A DNA stretch of 64,000 nucleotides from Dictyostelium discoideum (lineage: Eukaryota): assembly GCA_000004695.1 (NCBI GenBank), contig CM000150.2, positions 2,880,001 to 2,944,000 of the forward strand. The letters are read 5' to 3'. A model generated the notes under the pieces. That model had not been told where the DNA came from, ran no database searches, and saw only the letters and a program-made list of their open reading frames with translations. Below are positions 15,979 through 26,853 of the stretch, piece after piece; positions within the stretch are counted from its first letter, which is position 1, and every line of letters starts with the position of its first letter. The translations under genes were made by a program, and so were the position numbers.

Positions 15979-17282
15979 CTTTCCCATATTATTATTTTTT
16001 ATTATTTTTTTTTTTTTATTATAATTATTATTTTTTTCAGTTTCGTAAAATTGTAGAAGAAAATGAAAATGAAAGAGAATTTGAACAATCAAATCCTTCT
16101 CCACCAGAATATTCAAACTATGAAAATAAAGATGATGGAATTAATTTAGAAACAATTAATCCAAATATTTCATTAGATAATAATAATAATAATAATCAAA
16201 ATAATCAAAATAATCAAAATAATAATAATAATAATAATAATCAAAATAATAATATTATTAATAATTTAAATAAAAAGAATAAAAAAAGATCAACATTTAA
16301 AAATAGAATTGATTTTTCATTTAAAGATATAAATCATTATGTTCAAATTACCGAAAAAGGTAAAAAGAAAAAAATATCAAAACAAATTTTAACAAATATT
16401 AATGGTCATATTGAGAGTGGAACAATTTTTGCAATTATGGGACCATCGGGTGCGGGTAAAACCACATTGTTGGATATTCTAGCACATAGATTAAATATTA
16501 ATGGTAGTGGAACAATGTATTTGAATGGTAATAAATCTGATTTCAATATTTTTAAAAAACTTTGTGGTTATGTAACACAAAGTGATTCATTGATGCCATC
16601 ATTGACCGTAAGAGAGACATTGAATTTTTATGCTCAACTAAAGATGCCAAGAGATGTTCCATTAAAAGAAAAACTTCAAAGAGTTCAAGATATTATCGAT
16701 GAAATGGGCTTAAATCGTTGTGCTGATACATTGGTTGGTACTGCTGATAATAAAATTAGAGGTATCTCTGGTGGTGAAAGAAGAAGAGTGACAATCTCCA
16801 TAGAGTTGTTAACTGGTCCATCCGTGATTCTATTGGATGAACCAACTTCAGGTTTAGATGCTTCAACAAGTTTCTATGTAATGTCTGCATTGAAAAAGTT
16901 GGCTAAATCTGGTAGAACTATCATTTGCACAATTCATCAACCACGTTCAAATATTTATGATATGTTTGATAACCTTTTATTATTAGGTGATGGTAATACC
17001 ATCTATTATGGTAAAGCAAATAAAGCATTGGAATATTTCAATGCAAATGGTTATCATTGTAGTGAAAAAACAAATCCAGCTGATTTCTTTTTAGATTTAA
17101 TTAATACTCAAGTTGAAGATCAAGCTGATAGTGATGATGATGACTACAATGATGAGGAGGAAGAAATTGGTGGTGGTGGTGGTGGTAGTGGTGGTGGTGC
17201 TGGTGGCATTGAAGATATTGGTATCTCAATTTCACCAACTATGAATGGTTCTGCTGTTGATAATATTAAAAATAATGAACTA

Positions 17283-17319
<37 letters not shown>

Positions 17320-18550
17320 CTACAGATGGTAGAGCTAGAAGAAGAATTAAAAAATTAACAAAAGAAGAAATGGTAATTTTAAAGAAAGAATATCCAAATT
17401 CTGAACAAGGTTTACGTGTAAATGAAACATTGGATAATATTTCCAAAGAGAATAGAACTGACTTTAAATATGAAAAAACTAGAGGTCCAAATTTCTTAAC
17501 TCAATTCAGTTTATTATTAGGTCGTGAAGTTACAAATGCTAAAAGACATCCAATGGCTTTTAAAGTTAATTTAATTCAAGCTATTTTCCAAGGTTTACTT
17601 TGTGGTATTGTTTATTATCAATTAGGTTTAGGTCAATCAAGTGTTCAATCAAGGTAAAAACTCATTCTTTTTTTTTTTTTTTTTTTTTTTTATTAATTAT
17701 AATTTTATTAACTTTTTTAAAAATTATTATAGAACTGGTGTTGTAGCATTTATTATTATGGGTGTAAGTTTTCCAGCTGTTATGAGTAAGTTATATATTT
17801 TATTTTTAATTTTAATTTTGTTTAAACAAGTGTTTTTTAATAATAAAGTTTATTAATTAATTTAATTATTTTATTTATTTTTTTTTTTTAAAAAAAAAAG
17901 GTACAATTCATGTTTTTCCAGATGTAATTACAATATTTTTAAAGGATAGAGCATCAGGAGTTTATGATACATTACCATTCTTTTTAGCTAAATCATTTAT
18001 GGATGCATGCATTGCAGTATTATTACCAATGGTAACAGCAACAATTGTATATTGGATGACAAATCAAAGGGTTGATCCATTTTATTCAGCAGCACCATTC
18101 TTTAGATTTGTATTAATGTTGGTATTAGCAAGTCAAACTTGTCTTTCATTGGGTGTTTTAATTAGTTCATCTGTTCCAAATGTTCAAGTTGGTACAGCAG
18201 TTGCTCCATTGATTGTAATTTTATTCTTTTTATTCAGTGGTTTCTTCATTAATTTAAATGATGTTCCAGGTTGGTTGGTTTGGTTCCCTTATATCTCCTT
18301 CTTTAGATATATGATTGAAGCTGCAGTAATCAATGCCTTTAAAGATGTTCATTTTACTTGTACCGATTCTCAAAAAATTGGAGGTGTATGTCCAGTTCAA
18401 TACGGTAATAATGTCATTGAAAATATGGGTTACGATATTGATCACTTTTGGAGAAATGTTTGGATTTTGGTTTTATATATCATAGGTTTCAGAGTTTTAA
18501 CATTTTTAGTATTAAAACTTAAATCTAGAAATAAGTTTAAACAAGAATAA
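15800..18550 (+). CDS. ABC transporter G-family (White/ABCG2-like) half-transporter, 4 exons.
   Basis: Exons are 15800-15865, 16041-17653, ~17733-17785 and 17901-18550. The NBD carries Walker A (GPSGAGKTTLL), the ABC signature (ISGGERRRVTIS) and Walker B (ILLDEPTSGLD). The C-terminal TMD (…LLPMVTATIVYWMTNQ…, …FPYISFFRYMIEAAVINAF…) matches ABCG topology. An acidic, Gly-rich, poly-Q linker sits between the NBD and the TMD. Confidence 0.8.
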
Positions 18551-18938
18551 ATTATTTTAAATATTTTAAAATAAATCAATTTTAAAAAAAAAAAAATATT
18601 AAGAAATTTTAAAAAAAAATAATAATAAAAACATATATTAATATTGTGTAAAAACAATTAATATATTGATAGTTAAAGTTAATTTTTTTTTTTTTTTTAT
18701 TATTTATGCACCCACAGTGTTTTTCAAAAAAACATCAAATAATAAATTTTAATTATAGTTTTAATTTTTTTTTTATATATTTTTTTAATGCTTCAATTAG
18801 TTTTTTTAACATTTCTAACAAAAATAAGTGACATTAACCTTTTAAAATATCATAAAGTCTCAAGAGAATTCTTCGAATATTGTAAAATGGTTTTTGTCTT
18901 TTTTTTATTGTACATTTTTAAAAAAATAAAAATTTTAT

Positions 18939-19652
18939 TTAATAAAATTCTTCTTTGATAACTAAATCATTTGACCATTGTTGAACGGCCCATTGATTCT
19001 TTTTGATACGATGTCCTCCATATGTGAAATCCATATACATTTCATATGCTGTATTATTACCATCAACGAGTAATTTTAATAATTTTGCTTCATGAATTGT
19101 TGCATTATTTACAAAAGATTCTTCAGCTTTACGATTTGCAGATTTACCAACACGATTAGTTGAATCACCTTTTTCATACATAATTACATCTTGATGATAA
19201 TATTTATCGAATACTTCTAATATTTTATTATCTTGAATACCTTTAATAATTGATTCTAAATTTGATTTGATATTAGTTGATGGTTCTGGTGTTGATGGTG
19301 TTTTAATTTCAACGAATTCTTCTTTAATAATTAAACCATTTGACCATTGTTGGAATGCCCATTGACTCTTTTTGATACGATGTTCGCCATATGTGAAATC
19401 CATAAACATTTCATATGCTGTATTATCACCATCTACGATTGTTTTTAATAATTTTGCTTCATGAATTGTTGCATTATTTACAAAAGATTCTTCAGCTTTA
19501 CGATTTGCAGATTTACCAACACGATTAGTTGAATCACCATTTTCATACATTACAATTTCATCATGATAATATTTATCGAATACTTCTAATATTTTATTGG
19601 TTTGAATCCCTTTAATAACTGCTTCTAAATTTAATTTATTATTTGATGACAT
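18939..19652 (-). CDS. SnoaL/NTF2-like tandem two-domain protein, 237 aa. Copy 1 of 3.
   Basis: Intronless ORF. The protein is an internal duplication of a ~110-aa unit (…ILEVFDKYYHDEIVMYENGDSTNRVGKSANRKAEESFVNNATIHEAKLLK…DGDNTAYEM…FTYGEHRIKKSQWAFQQWSNGLIIKEEF). The pattern fits the SnoaL_2/NTF2-like fold. Confidence 0.6.
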   Translation of the reverse strand: MSSNNKLNLEAVIKGIQTNKILEVFDKYYHDEIVMYENGDSTNRVGKSANRKAEESFVNNATIHEAKLLKTIVDGDNTAYEMFMDFTYGEHRIKKSQWAFQQWSNGLIIKEEFVEIKTPSTPEPSTNIKSNLESIIKGIQDNKILEVFDKYYHQDVIMYEKGDSTNRVGKSANRKAEESFVNNATIHEAKLLKLLVDGNNTAYEMYMDFTYGGHRIKKNQWAVQQWSNDLVIKEEFY

Positions 19653-20454
19653 TTTATTTATTTATTTATTTATTTATTTATTTTTTTTATTTTTATTTAT
19701 ATATTTATTTTTGATTATTGATATTATTTTAATGAATGATTATTATTTTTTTTTTTTTTTACATTTTATAGTTTTTATTGTTATCTTAAATAACTCACAA
19801 TCATTCTCAACTATTCTTGAACTATCAATAAATCACATTTTGAGAAAAAAAAAGAAAAATTAAAAAACACCAGAACAAAACAAGTTTTTTTAAAAAGAAT
19901 TTATGGGACAGGAATTTTAAAAATTTTTTTTTTTTTTTACCAAAAATTTTATTTTTAGAATTTAATTATTTTAGCATTTATCTTTTATTTTGAAGGGGAA
20001 AAAATATTGAATTGGTATATTTTTTTTTTTTTTGATTTAAAATTTTGATAAATAAAATTATAAAAAAACAAACACCCAAGATTAAATTCATTTATTTTTT
20101 TTTTTTTTTTGATTTTAAATTATAAAAAATAAAAATAAAATGTAATAATTATTTAATTTAAATTTTATCTTTTCTTAAAAAAAAATAATAAAAAATTTAT
20201 TCTGATGTGATAAGATTTTGGAGAGGTTCAGATTAATTTTATAAAATGAAATTTAAATCAAAAAAAAAATATAATAAAATAAAAAAATAAAAATGAAAAA
20301 AATAAATAAGATTAAGAATAAGAAATAAAAAAAAAAAAAAAAAAAAAAAAAATAAAAAAAAAAAAAAAAAAAAAAAAATAAATAGATAAAAATATGTATA
20401 TTCTTTGTTTTATTTAAATTTTGTTGTACATTTTTAAAAAAATAAAAATTTTAT

Positions 20455-21168
20455 TTAATAAAATTCTTCTTTGATAACTAAATCATTTGACCATTGTTGA
20501 ACGGCCCATTGGTTCTTTTTGACACGATGTTCACCATATGTGAAATCCATATACATTTCATATGCTGTATTATTACCATCAACGAGTAATTTTAATAATT
20601 TTGCTTCATGAATTGTTGCATTATTTACAAAAGATTCTTCAGCTTTACGATTTGCAGCTTTACCAACACGATTTGTTGAATCACCTTTTTCATACATAAT
20701 TATATCTTGATGATAATATTTATCGAATACTTCTAATATTTTATTATCTTGAATACCTTTAATAATTGATTCTAAATTTGATTTGATATTAGTTGATGGT
20801 TCTGGTGTTGATGGTGTTTTAATTTCAACGAATTCTTCTTTAATAATTAAACCATTTGACCATTGTTGGAATGCCCATTGACTCTTTTTGATACGATGTT
20901 CGCCATATGTGAAATCCATATACATTTCATATGCTGTATTATCACCATCAATGATTGTTTTTAATAATTTTGCTTCATGAATTGTTGCATTGTTTACAAA
21001 AGATTCTTCAGCTTTACGATTTGCAGATTTACCGACACGATTAGTTGAATCACCATTTTCATACATTACAATTTCATCATGATAATATTTATCGAATACT
21101 TCTAATATTTTATTGGTTTGGATACCTTTAATAACTGCTTCTAAATTTGCTCTATTATTTGATGACAT
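20455..21168 (-). CDS. SnoaL/NTF2-like tandem two-domain protein. Copy 2 of 3.
   Basis: It is about 95% identical to the copies at 18939 and 22023. The flanking intergenic DNA is also repeated. Confidence 0.6.
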   Translation of the reverse strand: MSSNNRANLEAVIKGIQTNKILEVFDKYYHDEIVMYENGDSTNRVGKSANRKAEESFVNNATIHEAKLLKTIIDGDNTAYEMYMDFTYGEHRIKKSQWAFQQWSNGLIIKEEFVEIKTPSTPEPSTNIKSNLESIIKGIQDNKILEVFDKYYHQDIIMYEKGDSTNRVGKAANRKAEESFVNNATIHEAKLLKLLVDGNNTAYEMYMDFTYGEHRVKKNQWAVQQWSNDLVIKEEFY

Positions 21169-21236
21169 TTTATTTTATTTATTTATTTATTTATTTATAT
21201 ATTTTTTAATTTTTTTTTTTTTTTTTATTTATATAT

Positions 21237-21271
<35 letters not shown>

Positions 21272-22022
21272 TTTTTGATTATTGATATTATTTTAATGAA
21301 TGGTTATTATTATTTTTTTTTTTTTTTACATTTTATAGTTTTTATTGTTATCTTAAATAACTCACAATCATTCTCAACTATTCTTGAACTATCATTAAAT
21401 CATTTTGAGAAAAAAAAAAAAAAATTAAAAAACACCAGAACAAAACAAGTTTTTTTAAAAAAAATTTATGGGAAAATAAAAACATTTTTTTTTTTTTTTT
21501 TTTTTTTTACCAAAAATTTTATTTTTAGAATTTATTTTACCATTTATCTTTTATTTTGAAGGGGAAAAATAAATTTATTGGATTGAATTGGTATATTTTT
21601 TTTTAAAAATTTAAAATTTGGATAAATAAAATTTTAAAAAAAAAAATAGACATTCAAGATTAAATTCTTTTATTTGTTTTTTTTTGATTTCAAATTTATA
21701 AAAAATAAAAATAAAATGTAATAGTTATTTAATTTAAATTTTATCTTTTCTTTAAAAAAAAAAAAATCAGAAATCTATTCTGATGTGATAAAATTTTGGA
21801 GAGGTTCAGATTAATTTTATAAAATGAAATTTAAATAAAAAAAAAAAAAAATAAAATAAAATAAATAAAATAAAATAAATAAATATAAGAAATAAAATAA
21901 AAAAAATTCAACTCAGTTTTTTTTTGAAAAAATAAAAAAACAAATTAATAGATAAAAAATATGTATATTCTTTGTTTTATTTAAATTTTATTGTACATTT
22001 TTAAAAAAAATAAAAATTTTAT

Positions 22023-22736
22023 TTAATAAAATTCTTCTTTGATAACTAAATCATTTGACCATTGTTGAACGGCCCATTGATTCTTTTTGACACGATGTTC
22101 TCCATATGTGAAATCCATATACATTTCATATGCTGTATTATTACCATCAACGAGTAATTTTAATAATTTTGCTTCATGAATTGTTGCATTATTTACAAAA
22201 GATTCTTCAGCTTTACGATTTGCAGCTTTACCAACACGATTTGTTGAATCACCTTTTTCATACATAATTATATCTTGATGATAGTATTTATCGAATATTT
22301 CTAATATTTTATTATCTTGAATACCTTTAATAATTGATTCTAAATTTGATTTGATATTAGTTGATGGTTCTGGTGTTGATGGTGTTTTAATTTCAACGAA
22401 TTCTTCTTTAATAATTAAACCATTTGACCATTGTTGGAATGCCCATTGACTCTTTTTGATACGATGTTCGCCATATGTGAAATCCATAAACATTTCATAT
22501 GCTGTATTATCACCATCTACGATTGTTTTTAATAATTTTGCTTCATGAATTGTTGCATTGTTTACAAAAGATTCTTCAGCTTTACGATTTGCAGATTTAC
22601 CGACACGATTAGTTGAATCACCATTTTCGTACATTACAATTTCATCATGATAATATTTATCAAATACTTCTAATATTTTATTGGTTTGAATACCTTTAAT
22701 AACTGCTTCTAAATTTAATTTATTATTTGATGACAT
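22023..22736 (-). CDS. SnoaL/NTF2-like tandem two-domain protein. Copy 3 of 3.
   Basis: The N-terminal half matches copy 1 (FMDF). The C-terminal half matches copy 2 (IIMYEKGDSTNRVGKAANRK, GEHRVKKNQ). Confidence 0.6.
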   Translation of the reverse strand: MSSNNKLNLEAVIKGIQTNKILEVFDKYYHDEIVMYENGDSTNRVGKSANRKAEESFVNNATIHEAKLLKTIVDGDNTAYEMFMDFTYGEHRIKKSQWAFQQWSNGLIIKEEFVEIKTPSTPEPSTNIKSNLESIIKGIQDNKILEIFDKYYHQDIIMYEKGDSTNRVGKAANRKAEESFVNNATIHEAKLLKLLVDGNNTAYEMYMDFTYGEHRVKKNQWAVQQWSNDLVIKEEFY

Positions 22737-23076
22737 TTTTTTTATATTATTAATTTATTTTTTTAAATATTTTTTTTTGATAATAATTATTTATTTTTTA
22801 AATTATTTATTTGTATTTTTTTTTTTGTTTTTTTAAATGAATGAATGAATGAAAAATTTAACTTTTTTTTTTTAGTTTTTATATTGAAACTTTTTTTTAA
22901 TTCTAAATTCTGAAATATTCTTGTATACATTTCTTTTTTTTTAGGTTTTTGTTGAATTCCAGAAAAAAAAAAACACCAGAAAAAAAAAAAATAATAAAAA
23001 ATTTATGGGATAAAATCTGAAAAAAATAAGAAAAATAAAATCATTTACTAAATTAATGTCTTCTTTTTTACACTAT

Positions 23077-23121
<45 letters not shown>

Positions 23122-23198
23122 ATAATTTTAAAACTTTATTACAAATATTTTTATTATTTATTTATTTATTTTTTTAATTTTTAATTTTTTTAATTTTT

Positions 23199-24238
23199 TT
23201 AACATTTATCTAAAGCTTGAGAGATATCAGCTAAAAGATCATTAATATCTTCAATACCAACGGATAAACGAATTAAAGTATCAGAGATACCGAGTTTAGC
23301 TCTTTCTTCAGCTGGAACACTTGCGTGAGTCATAACTGATGGAAGTTCAATTAAAGATTCGACACCACCTAAAGATTCAGCAAGAGCAAAGAGTTTAATA
23401 TTCTCCAAGAAAGATCTGCTTTGATCGATTGAACCTTTAACAAAGAAAACAACCATACCACCATAACCTTTCATTTGACGTTTGCAAATCTCATGTTGTG
23501 GATGAGATGGGAGACCTGGATAGATGACTCTTTCAACTTTTGGATGTTTTTCGAGGAAATTGCAAATGGCGAAAGCATTCTTTTGATGAGCTTCCATACG
23601 AACGTGGAGAGTCTTCAAACCACGAAGGGCGAGGAAACAATCGAATGGTGATGGCACGGCACCAATACTATTTTGGAGGAATTTAAGCTTGGCGTAGAGT
23701 TCATCGTTGTTTGTTGCCAAAACACCCATAACGCAATCACTATGACCATTGATATATTTGGTGACAGAGTGCATAACGATATCGGCACCCAAATCCAATG
23801 GATTTTGGAAGTATGGTGACATAAAGGTGTTATCAACAACCAAAGTAGCACCACGACTGTGAACGTAATCTGCAACTGCTTTAATATCAGCTACTTTTAA
23901 TAATGGGTTGGTTGGTGTTTCAATCCATACTAATCTAGTTTTATCGGTGAATGCATTCTTTAAATCGTCTAAAGTTGAAAGATCGACAAAGCTGAATTTC
24001 AAATCGAAATTGGCTGCAACACGTGTAAAATATCTACGTGTACCACCATAAACATCATCAATTGAAATAACTTCATCACCAGATTTTAATAAATGTGTAA
24101 TTGTTGTAAGTGTTGCTAAACCACTTGCAAATGATAATGCATATTTAGCATTTTCACATGCTGCAATACATTCTTCAAATGCTTTTCTTGTTGGATTACC
24201 TGATCTTGAATAATCATATTCCTTTTGGTTTTTAAAAT

Positions 24239-24284
<46 letters not shown>

Positions 24285-24480
24285 AAATAAATAAATTAGT
24301 TTTTATAAAAATAAAAAAAAAAAATAAAGAAAAACTTACAGAATGGAGTACACCTGGTGATGGTTGTAAGAAAGTGGTGGATAATGAAATTGGTACAATT
24401 ACAGCACCTGTATTTTTATCAGCGGATTGACCAGCGTGGATAACGTTGGTTCCAATTTTATAGTTATTTGGTTGTGTCAT
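23199..24480 (-). CDS. Cystathionine gamma-lyase, PLP-dependent Cys/Met-metabolism enzyme, 2 exons.
   Basis: Exon 1 is 24480 to ~24340, ending in a GTAAGT donor. Exon 2 is ~24221 down to 23199. The protein (…EYDYSRSGNPTR…VWIETPTNPLLKVADI…VVDNTFMSPYFQNPLDLGADIVMHSVTKYINGHSD…LQNSIGAVPSPFDCFLALRGLKTLHVRMEAH…VIYPGLPSHPQHEI…MTHASVP…LGISDTLIRLSVGIED) is collinear with human CTH, including the PLP lysine motif (SVTKY.NGH). This may be the Dictyostelium cysA orthologue. Confidence 0.85.
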
Positions 24481-24505
24481 TTTTTAGGTAGTAGTGTTTG
24501 TGCTG

Positions 24506-24544
<39 letters not shown>

Positions 24545-24711
24545 AAAAAATTAAAAAATTAATGAAAAAAAGAAAATAATGAAAAAAGTAAAAAATAAAA
24601 AAAAATTAAAATATTAAAAAAAATAAAAAATAAAAATCTTCCCCAGAACACGCAATTAGTAATTGGAATCCCAACAAAAACATTCTCAACATTTTTTTAA
24701 AAATAAATTAA

Positions 24712-24747
<36 letters not shown>

Positions 24748-25171
24748 AATATTAAAAAATAGTTTTTTATTATAATAATCGATTAAGGGAAAAAGAAAAA
24801 AAAATAAAACAAAAAAAAACAAAAAAAACATAAACAATCTATATAAAATCTCAAAAATAATTTAAGTCCAAATATTTGTTTATAATAATTAAAAACAATA
24901 ATTTTTCTAAAAAAAAATAAAATAAAATAAAATAAAAATGTAAGGAGGTGGAAAAAAAAATTTAAAACAAAAACATTTAGGTTTATTTTTTAATTAAATT
25001 GTATTTATCATTCATTTCTTGTAATTGTTTTTTTTAAGGAACAACAAGAGGGAATATATTTTTTTATATAAAAAAAAACAAAAACAAATAAAAATAAATA
25101 ATCATCCCCAAATTAGGATTGTTTTTTTTATTTCTTTACAAAATTATATATAAATAAATATTTTTATTATT

Positions 25172-25795
25172 TTATTTAAAAAATAAATCTTTATTAGCAC
25201 ATTTGGAGTGATAGGAAGATCTTTTTTCTTTAAATTGTTTTTTGAATTCTTTTAATTCTAAATTACCTTCTAAAAATGAATGAACTATATTATCAGATTC
25301 AGACTCTAAATCAGATATTGAATCATTTAATATTTCCAATAAGTTTTGTTGAGAGTATTTGTCAGCGATTGAATTCTTTTTTTGTTGTAATTGTTCTTGT
25401 TTTCGTTTTAACTCTTCAAGTTTTTGTTTTGATGTCATTAAGTTTGCTGATAAATCATTGATATCATTTGGTAAAGGATCTGTAATCTTTGTTAATCTTT
25501 CATTCTCTGATAATAATTTTGATTTTCTATTTGATAATTCACTAACTTCATCATATGAATAAATAAATGCATTTAATGAATCTTCATTCTTTAATAATTC
25601 TTCTAATTCTTCTACTGATTTTGATTTTAATTCTGGGAATTCTGTTGGTATCATTGGTATTTTATTAGTTCCATTTTGTTGTTGTTGTGGTTTTTGTTGT
25701 ACTGGTTGTGGTTGTTGTTGTGCTGGTTGTTTATTAATTGGTTGATCTTTATATGGTGGAGGTGGGGAGTATTGTTGTTGTGCTTGTTGATTTCT

Positions 25796-25827
<32 letters not shown>

Positions 25828-26221
25828 GCATTGCTTGAGATCTTTTAACCTGCTCAATTAATGTTTCTAATATTCTACTATCTTTTATAAAAGGTTCCAT
25901 TATATGTACAGTTACTGATGCTAAATTACTAATTTGTGTCCATTGATAATTTGGTGGTAATGATACTGGTTGATGTGTTTGTAAAATCTCTAAAAAATAT
26001 GCTGGTGGTGAGTTGGGGAAATTGACTGGTAATGAACTTTGTTTGAAATAAAAAAAATAAATAATTATGTTTTTTATAATAATAAAAATAAAAAAAAAAA
26101 AAATATACATATATACATACATTAATAAATGTACATTTAAGAAAGGAATTTTGAAGGTAGAATCTTTGACAACTTCTATAGTATGACTAAACCTCTCTTT
26201 TAAGAGGTTTATTTGTTTCAT
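25172..26221 (-). CDS. ESCRT-I subunit Vps37-like protein with a Mod(r) domain, 2 exons.
   Basis: Exon 1 is 26221 to ~26121, with a GTATGT donor. Exon 2 is ~26036 down to 25172. The C-terminus (…NLLEILNDSISDLESESDNIVHSFLEGNLELKEFKKQFKEKRSSYHSKCANK…) follows the VPS37 Mod(r) pattern (…FLDGELPLDSFIDVYQSKRKLAHMRRVK…). A poly-Q/P linker and an N-terminal UEV-like region are also present. Confidence 0.5.
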
Positions 26222-26853
26222 TTTACTATGATATTTAATTTTTAATTTTTTTTTTTTTTAAAAAAAAAAAAAACATTAATATTTATAATGAAGTGGATTT
26301 AGTGTATTATAAATTGCTTATTACTTACATTGAAAGAGAATTTAAGTCTGGTTTTGACATTTTCTATTATAATACAAGTTTTTTAATGTGGATTAAAAAA
26401 AAAAAAAAAAATATATACAAACAAATTTTTTTTTTTTTTTTTTTTTTTTATTTTAAAAAAACAAAATTTCAGAAAAAAAAAAAAAAATAAAAAATAAAAA
26501 AAAGGTTTTTTAGGTAATTACTTAAAAAAATAGGAATAAAATTTTTTTTTTTTTTTTTTTTTCTTTATTTATTAATTCTTTTTTTTGGCATTTTATGAAC
26601 AAGACATCCAAAAAAGGTAAACCATTTTTATTTTTTATTTTTTAATTTTATTTTATTTTTTTTAATTTTTTTTCTTTTTTTTAATTTTCTCACTCTCAAC
26701 GATTACAACTGGATCCACATATTTCTTTTTAAATCACAATTTCTTATAATTCCTTTTTTTTTTTTTTATTTTTTTTTTTTTTATTTTTTTTTTTACAAAT
26801 TTTAAAATTCATTTCTTTTTTCAATAACTCACAGCATAAACATAATTTAAGAA

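Larger units (their letters stand above)
18900..22800. repeat. Tandem triplicated segment of ~1.5-1.6 kb per unit, each unit carrying a SnoaL-like gene plus its intergenic DNA.
   Basis: Gene starts are spaced 1516 and 1568 bp apart. Intergenic blocks recur, for example 'ctcacaatcattctcaactattcttgaactatca' at ~19795 and ~21360, and 'attctgatgtgataa.attttggagaggttcagattaattttataaaatgaaatttaaat' at ~20200 and ~21777. Confidence 0.8.

Noticed and set aside
17144-17446. 100-aa minus-strand ORF with a poly-Cys run
   Set aside because: It is antisense to the ABCG linker and reads the (CAA)n/GGT-rich coding repeats backwards.
21113-21559. 148-aa plus-strand ORF rich in F/I/Y
   Set aside because: It lies entirely in AT-rich intergenic repeat DNA between SnoaL-like copies. 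It shows AT-bias amino acids and no splice or motif support.
23615-23875. 86-aa minus-strand ORF
   Set aside because: It is an alternate frame inside cystathionine gamma-lyase exon 2.
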